From positions 40,734,001 to 40,798,000 of the forward strand of contig OX597815.1 of NCBI GenBank assembly GCA_951406725.2: 64,000 bases of DNA. The letters are read 5' to 3'. Shown piece by piece: positions 13,724-48,566 of the stretch (position 1 is its first letter; the number at the start of each line of letters is the position of its first letter). Position numbers and translations under genes: made by a program. The notes below the pieces were generated by a model. That model searched no databases and was not told the DNA's origin. It saw nothing but the letters and a program-made list of their open reading frames with translations. The stretch comes from Octopus vulgaris. Its lineage: Eukaryota.

Positions 13724-14850
13724 AAGGTGTCCAGTAGGAAAAGTGCTAAGTTTATTAACATGTTCTATTTTAACTGATTAATTAAATTTTTTTTACCATG
13801 CTACAACTCAACAATTTTCAACACCATATAATTGTTATACTTGAGATGAAGCATTCCCCCTTGGTTATAAAAAAATGCAAGAGATTTTACCAAAAATCTT
13901 TTTGTAAAATAAACTAGCATAAAATTTAATCATGTGGTATTGAAGTTATGAAAGTGTAAAGAAGCAAACAAGTGGCACACTCAATTTTCAAATACGTGGA
14001 CTATTACAGTAGAATGCTATACTTTCAATAGTAGTTATTCTCCAATAAATTCTCCCAAGGAAACAGATTCTAATCAATGTCAGACTGCACAGCAGTTGGA
14101 AATATTTAAAGGAAGAGTCCAATATCATCATCGAATTCTCCTTTAAATGCTATTGAAAAAGTGAGTTGTTATGCATAAACAGCTGCACATTAACAGACTT
14201 GAAAGCTGATGGCCAAAGGTGTTTTCCATCATTTTCAGATTAAACATTATTGGAAAGAGAGCTGGTTTTTCTGAAAGCACCATTATACAAGCAGACTATA
14301 GGTTAGTCAAAACTCAAAACAGAAATGGATTCTCATGATCTCAAAGAGGCAGATACTAAACCTTCCATTATTTGCTATGGCACTATTAACACATACAGCA
14401 AAACAAATTTGTTCTTCATTGAAGAACAGGCTATAATGACTCAAAAGCAATTCCATTGTACAAAAGGAAAAAGACAATTGTTAACCAATATGTTTATAAA
14501 TTTAATCCCTGATGTTTCTGATTATTAACTGCGTAATGGATGGAGAAAAAGTGTACCTGCAAAATAATTCCCCAGAGTTTATCGAGCCCAATGTATGGCC
14601 AGCTAAGAGTTTAACATCAAATATGATGGATTATTGCATCTGGAACTTACTGCGATTAATATTGCAGACACAATGTGCAGAAATAACAGTTGTTAAGACT
14701 CTGAAAGTTCTCTAACTGTGAGTAATTCCATCTTACTTGAGGTGATTAGGAAGACAACCAGAGTCTGGATAGCAAACTTGCAGAAGTGAATGAAAAATAC
14801 ATTAAATAAATTTAATTTCTTGTTTGATTCTAAATACATGTTTTGGAAAA
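13724..14850 (+). mobile_element. Highly decayed Tc1/mariner-superfamily transposon (maT/DD37D-like)
   Basis: LQNNSPEFIEPNVWPAKSLTSNMMDYCIW (ORF 14512..14715) resembles the WP-SPDLNP-DY-IW motif. Ends are approximate. Confidence 0.55.
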
Positions 14851-17376
14851 ATCTGCAGTCATTTGTTGGTGTGGAGAGCATCCTATGTGTGAATGAGTGT
14901 AATAGGAACAATAGATTTTGCATTACTGAGTCTGAGAGACAAAAAGAAAATATTCCAGTTACATTTCCAGCATAAAATACAGCAAAAAGTGATGAATTCA
15001 TCCATTCTAGCTGTACCAGCAACAGGAACTAGAGAAAAGTGGTTATAACAGCACTACACAAAATATTTCCAAAAATAAATATTTGTCATTTCAAGACAAA
15101 CATGTTTACAAAATAGGTATGGCTTCTATTGCTACAAAGAGAATCTAGCTAGCACACCACTATCTTAAGTAAACATTTGTAGATCTATCCAAAATATGTG
15201 AAAAATATAAAAACCTTGTGCATTGCAGTGCGAGAAAACAGATGTCACATTGACAGCAGGAAGTGTGCAGAAGATCTTGCTACCAAATTGGCATCTGTAC
15301 TTCTGGAATGTGAAATTGAACTTTTGATCTTTTAGAGTAGATTGTCATCATAGCTGATAGGGTAAATGATAAAGCAGTAAAGTATTCAAAGACTCTGTAT
15401 TATAATGATATGATAGATTTATGAAATGAATGATCTGTAACTGAGAAAAGAGTAAGAGAAAACAAAATTGCTGGTAGATTTTACCAAAATAATTATTAAT
15501 TATCATAACTATGTAATGTAACAGCATTGAAAAAAACAAACATGATAATTCATCAAGCAACATCAAGAAACAGATGACATCTCAATGACTTTTGATAACG
15601 TTGGTCACCAAACTGTAGATATCTTGCTGAAGTAAGATCCTGTATTATCAGTGATTAACAACAACCCTGTCATTGCTTATTAAGATGGAAATAGTGCAAG
15701 AAAGCTGTCATTTGTAAGGACCTGTGGTGAGTATAGCCAAAATATGTAAATTTTATATTGAAGTTTATGTTTCTGTATTTTCTTTACTGGAAATAAGTGG
15801 GATGACAGTCTCACCCTTTTTTATGAGTTAAAACTATTATAGAATAGTTGTATTTTGCATTTGGTGAGAAGTGTGAATATTAAATGAGAAAGGATGACAT
15901 CTGGAAAACTGATAAATGCAAAAAGTCTTTCAGAGTACTAGACTGTTTTACAGACTCATGTCACATGATCATTTACTGAAGCTCAGTATTAAATTAATTT
16001 ATTCACCTGAGTTTAGGAGAGAAAACCTATATAGATACTACATATGAATGAATAGGTTTGCTATCAAAACCTGTAAGTTAGTAGCTTAGAAACATTGCAT
16101 AAGACTACACATGTCCTGAGATCAAACTACAAAAATTAAGGCAGTAATTAATTACTGATATATCAGTAGAAAGAGAAGAGAGCAACCTAGCACAGTAATG
16201 TAGAATAAGTCTAGAGAGTATTTAGTGAAAATGATGATATTAATGGTACAGCTGACTCCAACATCAAATGATTAACAAATTGATAGCATAATTGATCCAT
16301 TAAAAAAAAAGACTAATTAGCATTTAAAATAATAGGTAAGTTAAGAGATATAATTCTTGCTAATTAGAGGGCAAACAGTTAAGGTACTATAGTTATGAAA
16401 CTATGAAACATTTTGCGTTTGTCTATTCTGATGACCAACAAAGTTGGTTGTATAATATTTATATTAGAAATATTATTTTGTCAAGTAGAATAATATACAA
16501 GCAAATAACTGAAATTAAGAACGCTAGATAAAAGAGAAATCCATAGAAGAAATGGATAGAGAAAATTGAGCAAGTAAGCTGTAGCTGTAGATAGGTGTTT
16601 GGAACTGTAACCAAAAAAGGCAGATTTGACTAAATAAGGCATGAAATAGTGAATGCTAATTAAATATATGGGGTTGGAAGCAAAATATCTCTGAAACCAA
16701 TCAACCCAATCAAAGCATTTGAAGAAAGAAAGATATTAAAACAGAGATGCTGATGTAAGCATGAGTTTATAAACACATTCACACATACACCTATATTGGT
16801 TGAGAATATTTTGTAGAATATTGTCTTCAACAAAAATCTGTGTAATTTATCGGAAACTTCCACAACACTACCCTAATTTCATTTTTTCTAACATTTATAG
16901 AGTTATCAAGATAACTGAAGGGAAGCAGATGAGTGAAATAAAAATATATAAAAAAAAAAAAACGTTCCCAATTCTGCAGAATTCTCCAGTAGACAACACA
17001 GCCTCTTGTTTAATGTGGTTTGTAAGCTTTAAAATCTGTATAGCTTTAAAACTGAGAATTTGCTTACTTATTTAAGAAGTTTGTATTCAATAATTTAAAA
17101 CTAGAAATATTTCTGTTGGTTGCACTTAATGCTTCAATTGCTGAAATAAATAGGCTCAATAAATATTTTTAATAATAGAAAAAAAAAAAAGAAGAAAAAC
17201 TAATGAGGATGATAGTGATGATAGAATAAAAGTAATTTTCTAAATTAGATTTAGCAAATTTAGAAGGCAAGTTGAGTTAAGTGTCTTGCCTAAAGACACA
17301 ACACAAATATGTACAAAGATATGGACTCATGACTCTAAGCCAAGAATTCAATATTGTCTTGTCTGTTGTATCGCTC

Positions 17377-17377
<1 letters not shown>

Positions 17378-17425
<48 letters not shown>

Positions 17426-17861
17426 GCTTTTGATTTAGGCACAAGGCCAACAATTTTGAAGAAAGGAGATTAGTTAATATCGTTGACACCAGTATTAGGC
17501 TGGTACTTTTATTTTTATCAACCCTGAATGGATGAAAGACTAAGTTGACTTTAGCAGAGGAACTTTTTCTTTTATCCTTTCGGGAGTCAATAAAATGCAT
17601 GAATGGATGAATAAATAAATAAATATAATAAATTCTAACATAGGCACAAGACCACACATTTTGGAGCAGGAGAATATATTGATTTAGTCAACTCCAATAG
17701 ATAACTGGTACTTATTTTATTGACCCTTGAAGGATGAAAGGCAAAGTTAACCTTGATAGGATTTGAATTTAGAACATAAGAAGTATAGTACTAAATATTG
17801 CAAGGCATTTAATCTGTTACTCCATAGATTCTGCCATCCACCGACCTCAATAATAATAATA

Positions 17862-17903
<42 letters not shown>

Positions 17904-17905
17904 GT
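17378..17905 (-). mobile_element. Two decayed SINE copies flanked by (AAT)n runs
   Basis: GGATGAAAGGCAAAGTT-type core twice, same family as 27380-27657 and 46132-46354; (AAT)n at 17378-17423 and 17849-17901. Confidence 0.7.
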
Positions 17906-18518
17906 AATTACAATTATATTTATGTAATTGGAAACTGTTTGGGAGTCATATTTAACTGTTCTTATCAGTGGATCTTATGGAGTTTTGGCTGAAAGCAACT
18001 AAAGATAGATGAGAACACTATTTTCTTAGTCAAACAAAATGCTTGCAAAAGTCTGAAAATATGCTAATCATAGTTAATTGTTGAGTAACTTGTGTCTCTT
18101 TTTCAATAATACCAAAATTCAGTAAGGTTTCAATTAGCAATGAGATTAAGAAATATTAAGATAAAAAAAAAAAAACTGACGTGGTCACATATGAAATGGC
18201 AGTTAAAGATTTGATAGCTTCTAGGTTATGTATTATACATAGACAGAGGGAGAAAGGTTGTTTAGAATATTTAAACCACACAGAAAAAAAAATGTTTATC
18301 AGAAGAAAATTCAACATAAACTACTCCTTAATTCAATGCATGATGAAAATTTTCTCCCATATGAGATCAAGTTGAAAAAATAATTAAAAAAATAATCATT
18401 CAAGTTAGTGTGTACAGATTTAGAGAGCAGTAAACAAATGTTAAAACTTTCTAATACAAAATATGGTTGGTGAATTAAATATGTCATAAACTTTACAAAA
18501 AAAGTAATTGTACATAGT

Positions 18519-18524
18519 TTTATT
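18519..18524 (-). terminator. Candidate polyadenylation signal (AATAAA) for the IAP gene
   Basis: TTTATT on the plus strand about 150 nt downstream of the stop codon. The AT-rich context makes chance matches common. Confidence 0.3.
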
Positions 18525-18674
18525 GAGAATGAGTAAGCAGAAATTTCTTGAAAAGTTTTCAATAGAGGATATATTCTCTATATAATGAAGTTCTGTACTT
18601 TTTTTTTCATCAAATTAGGAGAGATTTGCATCAGAAATATGTGCAACCATCAGCAATAAATATCTAGTCATACC

Positions 18675-39527
<20,853 letters not shown>

Positions 39528-40038
39528 TGCTCGTATCCAGTGACTGAAACTAAAAAATACAAAAATATCATATGAATTTGATGAATAACCATCTGGCTAT
39601 AAAAAAAAATAAACAAAAAGCTGTATACTTAACAATTTAAAAGTTTTACTTGGGAGCATTAAATCTCATGTGATTGAATACTTTTACTTTATTTTTCTAT
39701 TCTGTCTTCTTGTTTTGTTTAATTTTCATTGAATCATGTTCATACAAATTGGTTAACATATAAATTATTTCCATAAACCCTTACCTTGCATAAACTTTTC
39801 TAAGAGGCAACTATATGATTGCTTACCACAATTGGGAGGTGTTTATGCCCAACATCTTTGGTGTAGTACATGTCTATACTCCTCACACATTAATTGGGGC
39901 ATTAAATAATTGAATATTTTCTTTCTTGTTATTTTTGGTGAAAGTGTAACTCAAAGTAATTTACCACTCAAAAAGCAACTTTGAATTAATGTTACATGGT
40001 AGAGAAGAAAATAATGTTTCTTAGGGATGCTTCTTTAA

Positions 40039-40258
40039 CCCTTTCGTTACTGTATTTATTTTGAGATGTTCTGTGTTTCTTTCAATTAATTTAAATATAA
40101 CAAAGAATTTAGTAAAATAACTTAGTTATCATTCAGCTAGTGTTAGGAACATAGTTTGTGACTAAGGTTTGGTAGAAAATTTTAATTCAAAACTTATGAA
40201 AACAAGATATTTATACTCAGAGCCAGAGGCGGTTTCGGCCGGGTTGGTAACGAAAGGG
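40039..40258. mobile_element. piggyBac-type MITE
   Basis: TTAA|CCCTTTCGTTAC ... GTAACGAAAGGG|TTAA, perfect 12-bp TIR and TTAA TSD. Confidence 0.9.
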
Positions 40259-40954
40259 TTAAGAAGGCGAAGAGTATGTATGTGTGAAAGGGTTGTGTAC
40301 TAAGCACTCAGAGTATGCCAGAAATAGATTCACTTAAATGCCCAGCTGGTTCACTAGTAGAAGGTAACTTCTGTTACTTAGGTGAGATGGATGTTCTGAA
40401 CTGGTAGGAAAGAAATTTAGGGAGCTATTACCTGCACTGGTAACAAAGCCTTCTCCCTCAGTGTGAAAGGCAGATTGTATATGTGCTTGAATTACAATAC
40501 TTCATGGTAATGAGACATGGGCTTTGACTGTGGAGATCCAGTGAAAGCTAGAAAGAAATGAGGCAAGCATGCTCTGATGAATGTGCATGTAATATCAGTG
40601 TGCATGAATGTCAGAGAAAAGCCCATGTTGGTATATGTAATGCATGTGGAAGATGATTGCTGACCAAGAAAGTATTGTGAGCTCCAAATGGAAAACATGC
40701 AATGAGGATGGTGTATCTCGTGGAGGAGAGGACAAAAGGTTGCAGTGATTAGCAACACAGTGCTGCATAAAGAACTGACTATCTGTAGCAAAATGTGCAT
40801 TGATATGATAACAGTGATAGAAGCTGAGATCTCTATATCAGTACATATGCTTATATATGTGTGTGTGTGTCTGTATATATATATATATATACATGCGTAT
40901 ACAATTTTTCTGAATTTTCAGATTTTCTATATGCTAAGCTACTGGTTTTAAATT

Positions 40955-41261
40955 CATCATCATCATCATCGTTTAACGTCCGCTTTCCATGCTAGCATGG
41001 GTTGGACGGTTCAACTGGAGTCTGGGAAGCCCGAAGGCTGCACCAGGCCAGTCAGATCTGGCAGTGTTTCTACAGCTGGATGCCCTTCCTAACGCCAACC
41101 ACTCCGTGAGTGTAGTGGGTGCTTTTTATGTGCCACCGACACAGGTGCCAGACGAGGCTGGTGAACGGCCATGCTTGGATGGTGTTTTTTATGTGCCACC
41201 GACACAGGTGCCAGATGAGGCTGGCGAATGGCCACGCTCGGATGGTGTTTTTTAAGTGCCA
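40955..41261 (-). mobile_element. RTE LINE 3' end
   Basis: (CAT)n then CGTTTAACGTCCGCTTTCCATGCTAGCATGGG; reverse complement of the 22011-22505 family, with tandem subrepeats. Confidence 0.85.
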
Positions 41262-41337
41262 ATTAAATTAATATTCAATTTATCACCCTCATTATTTAAA
41301 TTATATATATATACACATACATATATACACACATATA

Positions 41338-42545
41338 CAGGGGTTAGATAAAATAATGGAAATATTATCAACTAGCATCATAATTTTGAAATATCTATAA
41401 AACCGTCAAAAGCTTGTTTATTTTTATGTCTTTTGATTTATAATTAGTGTTGCTTGATATGTTTTGCTAAAATTGCTGTTTCTTTTCAGATATCATCAGA
41501 AAAAAGTAATTAAAATGCATTAAAATAACAGATCTATCGGACTTTCAAAGAGGTCAAATTGTTGGTACTTGTATGGCAGGTGCTAGCATAATGAAGACAG
41601 CCAAAATGTTTGGTGTATCAAAAAGTACTGTCTGGAAAGTAATGACAGTCTTTGAGAAAGAGGGAAAAACCTCGTCGAAACAAAACTCTGGAAGAAAACC
41701 AAAACTTTCAGATAGGGAATTGTTAGAAAGGATCACAAAAGCATAGCTCCCAAAATTACTGCAGAACTTAATGACTACCTCAAGAACCCAGTTTCTACAA
41801 AACCTGTTTGCTGGGAGCTGCACAAAGCCGGATTTCACAGGAGGGCTGCAATCAGAAAACCACTACTTTCAAAAACAAATGTTGCAAAGCATTTAGAGTA
41901 TAGTAAAAACCTACAGAATTGGTCCCTAGAGCAGTAGAAGAGTGTTATTTTCTTGGATGAGTCATCCATTACCATATTTCCAACCACTAGCCAAGTATAC
42001 GTGTGGAGACAGCCAAAAGAAGCATTTGACCCAGACTGCCTTCTTCCAACTGTTAAACATGGAGGAAGATCTATGATGAACTGGTAGTGGTGGCATATCT
42101 TGGAAATCTGCTGGCACAATGGTTTCCCTTAATGGCAGAATTAATAGTCAAGACTATTTAAGCATTTTATCTGATCAAATTCATCCTATGGTTGCGGAAC
42201 TGTTTCACACAGCTAAAGTTGTTACTGAATGGCATGAGGAACATTCTAGTGAAGTTGAACATCATATCTGGCCACCACAGTCCCCAGATCTCAATATTAT
42301 TGAACATTTATGGTGCATTTTAGGAAAACAAGTAAGGAGTCAATATCCTCCACCATCATCACTACAAGAACTGGAGACTGTTTTAGCTGAAGAATGGACA
42401 AAAATTCCTTTGGAAACAATTCAAACTTTGTACGAGTCCATAACTTGTAGAATTCAAGCTGTAATTACTACCAAAGGTGGTCCTACCCTACATTAAAATA
42501 AATTTGTTTGAAATTTTAAGGTGTTCCCATTACTTTGTTTATCCC

Positions 42546-42548
<3 letters not shown>
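41338..42548 (+). mobile_element. Tc1-like DNA transposon, near full length, transposase inactivated
   Basis: TA|CAGGGGTTAGATAAAATAATGG ... CCATTACTTTGTTTATCCCCTG|TA. Motifs DLSDFQRGQIVG...SGRKPKLSDR, VIFLDES, PTVKHGG and WPPQSPDLNIIEHLW. Contains stops and an internal deletion removing the second catalytic Asp region. Confidence 0.92.
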
Positions 42549-42585
<37 letters not shown>

Positions 42586-43831
42586 ATGTACAGATATAGA
42601 TATTCCAACCTATCATCATATCAATGCACATTTTGCTCTCTCTCTTTATATATATATATACTAAAAAACTAAATTCACTGTTAGTAATAATGAATTATCA
42701 GAGAACATAATCATTAGCATTTCTATTCTTTCCTCTATCTCTCACTCTTCCCTCTGGCTGAGCGACCATGTATCTCCTCTAAAGCCACACATCTATTTCT
42801 ATCCTCATTCTTGATACTCTCTCTCTCTCTCTGACTGGGTAACTATGTACCTCCAACAAGACACCTGTTTCTGTCTCTCCGTCACATTCGAACATTTCAC
42901 CTCCTCCAATGCCCTCTCTCCTCTCAAAGGATCTTCATCTTGCAAGTTACTTGGTAACCCTGCCAGTGCTGGTGCCATGTAAAAAGCATCCACTCCACAC
43001 TGTAAAGTGGTTGGAGTTGTAAAAACCATGCCAAAACTGACCTTGCCTGTGCTTGTGCCATGTAAAAAGCACTAAGTCCACTTTGCAGGGTGGTTGGTGT
43101 TAGGAAGGGCACCCAGCCATAAAAATCCATGCCAAAACAGACATTGAAGCATGATGCAGTCTTTTGCCTAGCCAACTCCTGTCAAACCATGCCAGTGTGG
43201 AAGGCAAACTTTAAATGATAATGATTTATATATAATTTGTGTGTGTATATTTACATATCATCATTACAGTTGTAATGTCAAACAAAATTTGTTGCAGATT
43301 TTCTATGGCTGAATGCCCCTCTTGTTGCTAATCTTCATCTATTTCCAAGGTAATATTCCCCCATGGCCAAACATGGTCACACAGAAGAATGGAAATGAAA
43401 GACACCACTTGTACGACAGTGACAATCATTTTACAACTATCATGCAAGGAAACACGAATACACACACATTACAGGCTTCTTTCAATTTCCATCTACCAAA
43501 TCCATTTTAGTAGAAGACACTTGCCGAAAGTGCCATGTAGTCGGACTGAATTTGAAACCATGTGGTTGAAAGGCAAACTTCTCAACCATGTAGCCATGCC
43601 TGTGCCTACATGTATGAGGTGTATGTATGTGTGTACGTATATATACATAATGTACTGTTCTGTTGTTGGTGAGATCAATGAAAAAAAAGTTCTCCATTCA
43701 GTGAGAGATAAATATAATGTATATTTGAAACCGAAAAAAGATTGCTTGGAAAACATATGGCATGTTATGCAAGCTTGTCAGATCATCATGTTTTTACAAC
43801 ATGAAACTAATAGTAACTTCAATTTAAATCT

Positions 43832-43876
<45 letters not shown>

Positions 43877-43934
43877 TTTTATAGTGTGATATTAGACAGA
43901 AATGTGTCTGCATGGATGGTGGTTTACTTGCAGT

Positions 43935-45760
43935 TAGAGACTCTGCAAAGAAAGCGGCTTGGAAGTGCCACTATGAAAGGCTACTAAATGTAAAGAACTC
44001 ATGGGAGAAGGAGAGTCAGCCTAATGTTGATCCAGCAGAAGGATCAGCAATCTGAATAGACAAAGCCATGAAAGATATGAAGATAAGGAAAGCCCCATGG
44101 CCCATCAGGAATCACTGCTGAGATGCTTAAAATATCTAGTGGTGTGGGTTATAGTCTAGTCACTTGCATAGTTAATCAGGTGGTACAAGGAGTCATACTC
44201 ACTGACTGGTGTAGTAGCACCATAGTTAACTGCTACAAAAGTAAAGATGATGTCTTAGACAGAAATAATTACAAAAGTATCAAATTGTTAGATCAGGTCA
44301 CAGAGAAGGTCATAGCCCAACTAATTAGTGAGAGAGTTAGTCTAGATGAGATGCAGTTTGGTTTTGTGCCAGAGAGAACCACTACTGATGCTATATTTCT
44401 GGTAAGGCAGCTGCAGGACAAATACCTAGCCAAAGATAAACCTCTGTACTTGGTTTTTGTTGACATGGAGAAAGCCTTTAACAAGGTCCCCTGAGCCCGG
44501 AGGTCAATGCAGAAACTAGGGATAGCAGAGTGGTTAGTGAGAGCTGTACAAGCCATGTACAGGGATGCTGTCAGTAAGGTGAGAGTTGGCAACGAGTATA
44601 GCAATGAATTCAGGGTACAAGAAGGGATTCACTAAGGATCAGTCCTCAGTCCCTTCTTGTTCATCATAGTCCTCTATGCAATAACAGAGGAATTTAAGAT
44701 GGGCTGCCACTGGGAGCTCCTCTATGCTGATGACCTTGTTCTTATAGCTGAATCACTACCAGAACTACAGAAGAAATTTCAGGTGTGGAAGCAAGGTCTG
44801 GAATTGAAGGGCCTTAGAGTTAACCTGGCAAATATCAGAGTCTTAGTAAGTAGGAAAGCAGACAAATCACAAATCCCTTTGGGTAGATGGTCCTGCTCAA
44901 TCTGTAGGAAAGATGTAGGTAGAAACTCCATTAGATGCACTCAGTGCAAGCTATGGAAACATAAGAGGTGCAGCAATATCAGAGGAAGATTAACTGGGAA
45001 AATAGTTTTGTGTATGGAAGATGCACAGGTACAATAAACACTGAAAATATACAGAAAATAGACTCCATTGACTGCCAGTGGAGTAAGCTAAAGGTAGTTG
45101 TTAGCTTCTATTATTTAGAGAGCTCCTACCCCTGTTGGTAACAAAGAGCATTTCCCCCAGAGTAAAAGGCAGACTGTATGATGACTGTGCAAACAGCTAT
45201 GCTACATGGCAGAAAAGCATGGGTTGTGACTGCTGAGGACATGTGTAGGCTTGAAAGAAATGAAACTGGCATGCTTAGCTGGATGTGCAATGTCAGTGTG
45301 CATGTACAACAGAGTGTTAGTGTCTTGTGTGAAAAGTTGGGCATAAGAGGCATCAGGTGTGGTGTGCAAGAGCAACTGCACTAGTATGGTCATGTGACTA
45401 GTGGCTGAGACCTTTGGCAACATGCCATGCTTGAGAAGACACATCAAGCCAAGTGAAATCATAGTTGTGGTTGATGCTGGTGTCTCATGGAGGCAATGTG
45501 GCCAAAACTGGTGTCCCGTAACAGATGCCCGTGCCAGTGGCAGGTAAAATGCACTGTCTGAGCACTGGGTTTCATGAAGGCAATGTAACTGATGCTCGTG
45601 TCACATAACTAGCACCTGTGCCAGTGGCACGTAAACGCACTTGGACTGGTTGGCATTAGGAAGGGCATCCAGCCGTAGAAACCATACCAAATCAGACTGG
45701 AGTCTGGTGCAGCCCCTCAGTTTACTAGCCCTAGTCAAACCATCAAACCCATGCCCATGA
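43935..45760 (+). mobile_element. RTE-clade LINE, reverse transcriptase region to 3' end, decayed
   Basis: NYKSIKLL, MQFGFVPERTTTDAIFLVRQLQ, FVDMEKAF, LLYADDLVL, then Cys-rich WSCSICRKDVGRNSIRCTQCKLWKHKRC and the RTE C-terminus; stops and frameshifts. Confidence 0.92.
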
Positions 45761-46131
45761 TATATGTATATATCAGTGTATTTGAGAGCATGTATATATG
45801 TGTGTGTGTGTGTGTGTATGTAAACAGTTGTATACTGTTAAGCCTGTATTTGTTTCCACCCTTTGCATCCTGATCCATCTCACTGCATTCATTTTAACCA
45901 TCTCAACCTCTTGACACTCATAACCCTCCATCTCTTATCTCCCAATCAGCTATGAATGGCTACCTCACATGCCACCCCATCATTCTACCTCTCCCATCTT
46001 CGACTAGACCTATGTGTAAGCAACTGTCTTAGTCCATCATCACTCTACCAGTGTACATCTTTCCTCCTCCAGCCAACTCCCTGTTCATTTTAGTCAGTAC
46101 CTTATCATTCATATCCCTTGTCTCACCACTT

Positions 46132-46354
46132 ATTTCTTATTTCTTTATTGCCCACAAGGGGCTAAACAAGGACAGACAAAAGGATTAAGTCGATTACATC
46201 GACCCCCAGTGCATAATTGGTACTTAATTTATCGATGCCAAAAGGATGAAAGGCAAAGTCGACCTCGGCGGAATTTGAACTCAGGACATAAAGACAGGCG
46301 AAATACAGCTAAGCATTTTACCCGGCGTGCTAACTTTTCTGCCAGCTTGCCGCC
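46132..46354 (-). mobile_element. SINE with target-site duplication
   Basis: CCTTGTCTCACCACTT at 46116-46131 and 46353-46368; same family as 27380-27657. Confidence 0.85.
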
Positions 46355-48438
46355 TTGTCTCACCACTTGCTTCCCATCATTCTTTCCCTGCCTCTTCTCT
46401 ATTGTCACCCCAAGCTTCTCCAGCACCTCAACATCCTCTATGGCCTAAACCCCAAGCCTCACTGGATCCCCAACACCCCGTGATTGTCTTTTCCATGTTC
46501 CTTTCCCCCACATACTTGACCATATGTGGGACAGCCCTAGACCCCTTTTATACAATCCACTTCATTATCCATACCAGTGTTGCTCTTCTAACCACTGACA
46601 TCAATTCTTTCCCTTCCATACAGCCTCCCCCAACAGCAACTACTTTCTCTCTCTCCACTATTGTCATTACTCACATGACAATAAATCGGCTCCTCTCATA
46701 ACATTTCATCTTTCTCATTATGCCCCAAATCATCCCACTTCCTCTCTCCTATTTGCCTACAGATATAGAGACCTCTTTAAACCCTTTAGTCAAGCAAGTT
46801 GGAAGACAACTTCACTAATGCTGGTGCCACAAAAAACTATCCATACACTGTAAAGTGGTTGGCATTAGGAAGGGCATCTAGCCATAGAAACCACTGGAAT
46901 ACTATAGGGTCCTCCAACTTATTGGATCCCATGGAACTATCTAACCTATGTCAGCATGGACAGTGTGTTAAAGGACGATGATGAATTGGATATATTGGAC
47001 GAGATAAATCTCGACTGAAATATTCCAAGATTTGGGTCTTTCAGGTATAAGAAAGAAATGAATGGAAAAATTTATAAACCAACAATGAAGAAAGTGTGAC
47101 TTCTGAAAGGAAATAATTTAAATTAGATGCTACTGAAATTTAAAATGATAGTAAAAAAAATAATTTTTGAAGTTATAAACATTGTATGTTATATATATTC
47201 TTGTTAATGGGAGACAGCTTTTAGGTATACAATGCATAAAGCAAAGGTAGAACTTTCATAGATTTATTTAAAAGACCTAATAACCATTTCAACCAACGGT
47301 CGTGTCAAATGTGACAAGACTTTCAGTTGAACAGCTGTAGTGTGTACATTTAAATAAATAGGACTTATCAAACTTAGTAAGTCCTTTGGTTGAAATGTGT
47401 TTTTAAAATATACAAATTCTGAATAACAAAACCAAACTGTTGCTGAATGACTGGAGTGGATATAGGCTGCATGGATGATGAGGGAGAAAGTGTGCTACAG
47501 TGTGGGCTCAATAGCCTAGACATAACTTGGTCACATCAAAGCTGCTTGTCATTGTGGAAAGAATACCAATGGAAGATACTGAAAATCATAAACTCCAGTT
47601 TACAGAAGATGAAGGGCACACTCCACAGTGCAATATGTAATTTAACCGTTCAAGTGCCATATTACTAGCTGAAAATCACATACATATTTGGTTTTATGTT
47701 CATTTTCTTGTGAGTTAGAACTTGATGAAAATTTTCTACAGTTGGATGCTCTTCCTAGCACCAGCCCATGACTGTTTTTCAAGCTAAGTAATTTTTTCAT
47801 TCCACTGGTTCTCATTCCTTGAAAGTTAAAACTACATATTTTTACTGGAGAATGTAAACAGAGACAGTTCTTTAATTCATGCAGTGTTAATGAGGCACAT
47901 GTAAAGATATTCACATACAAGATTCTTCTTAGTTTCAGCCTACTATTTCCATTCACAAGGCATTGGTTGACTTGTGCCTATAGTACAAGATACTTGCTGA
48001 GGTTGCCATACTACAGGACTACACAAGGAACCCTGGGCTGTGAAGCCAACTTCATTAGAGTACTGCTTGTACCTATATGTTTATGTATTTGATTCCTAAG
48101 ACTCCTGATGTGAAATTGTGTTAAAACAGATATTTTTATAATAATGTTTTTATAAGCTTAAAGCTTATAAGCAATTACCATGTATTGACTAAAGAAAATA
48201 GTCTAATATTGTTAAAAAAAAGTGGGTTATGACAATTGTGCTACCATTACACTTACCTCTTCCCATCAGATTTAAGAACTATAATTTCTTAAGTATTGTT
48301 TTTATAAGCAAACCTGCATTTTCTGCAATGATTTGATAAGTGGAGCTGAGTTTTACAATTCTGCAAATAATGATATTTTTATAAGCAATCAGTTATATTT
48401 GGGAATGGTCTGGCAAAAAAAAGACCAACCCCAAATAT

Positions 48439-48439
<1 letters not shown>

Positions 48440-48516
<77 letters not shown>

Positions 48517-48524
48517 GAGAGTGA

Positions 48525-48562
<38 letters not shown>
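48440..48562. repeat. (GA)n microsatellite
   Basis: GA run with a few GT interruptions. Confidence 0.97.

Positions 48563-48566
<4 letters not shown>

Noticed and set aside
8420-17300. Long stretch of mostly unique-looking sequence downstream of the IAP stop, as a possible second gene
   Set aside because: No consistent exon chain or domain found on either strand; only decayed R4-like, Tc1/mariner and SINE fragments are recognisable.
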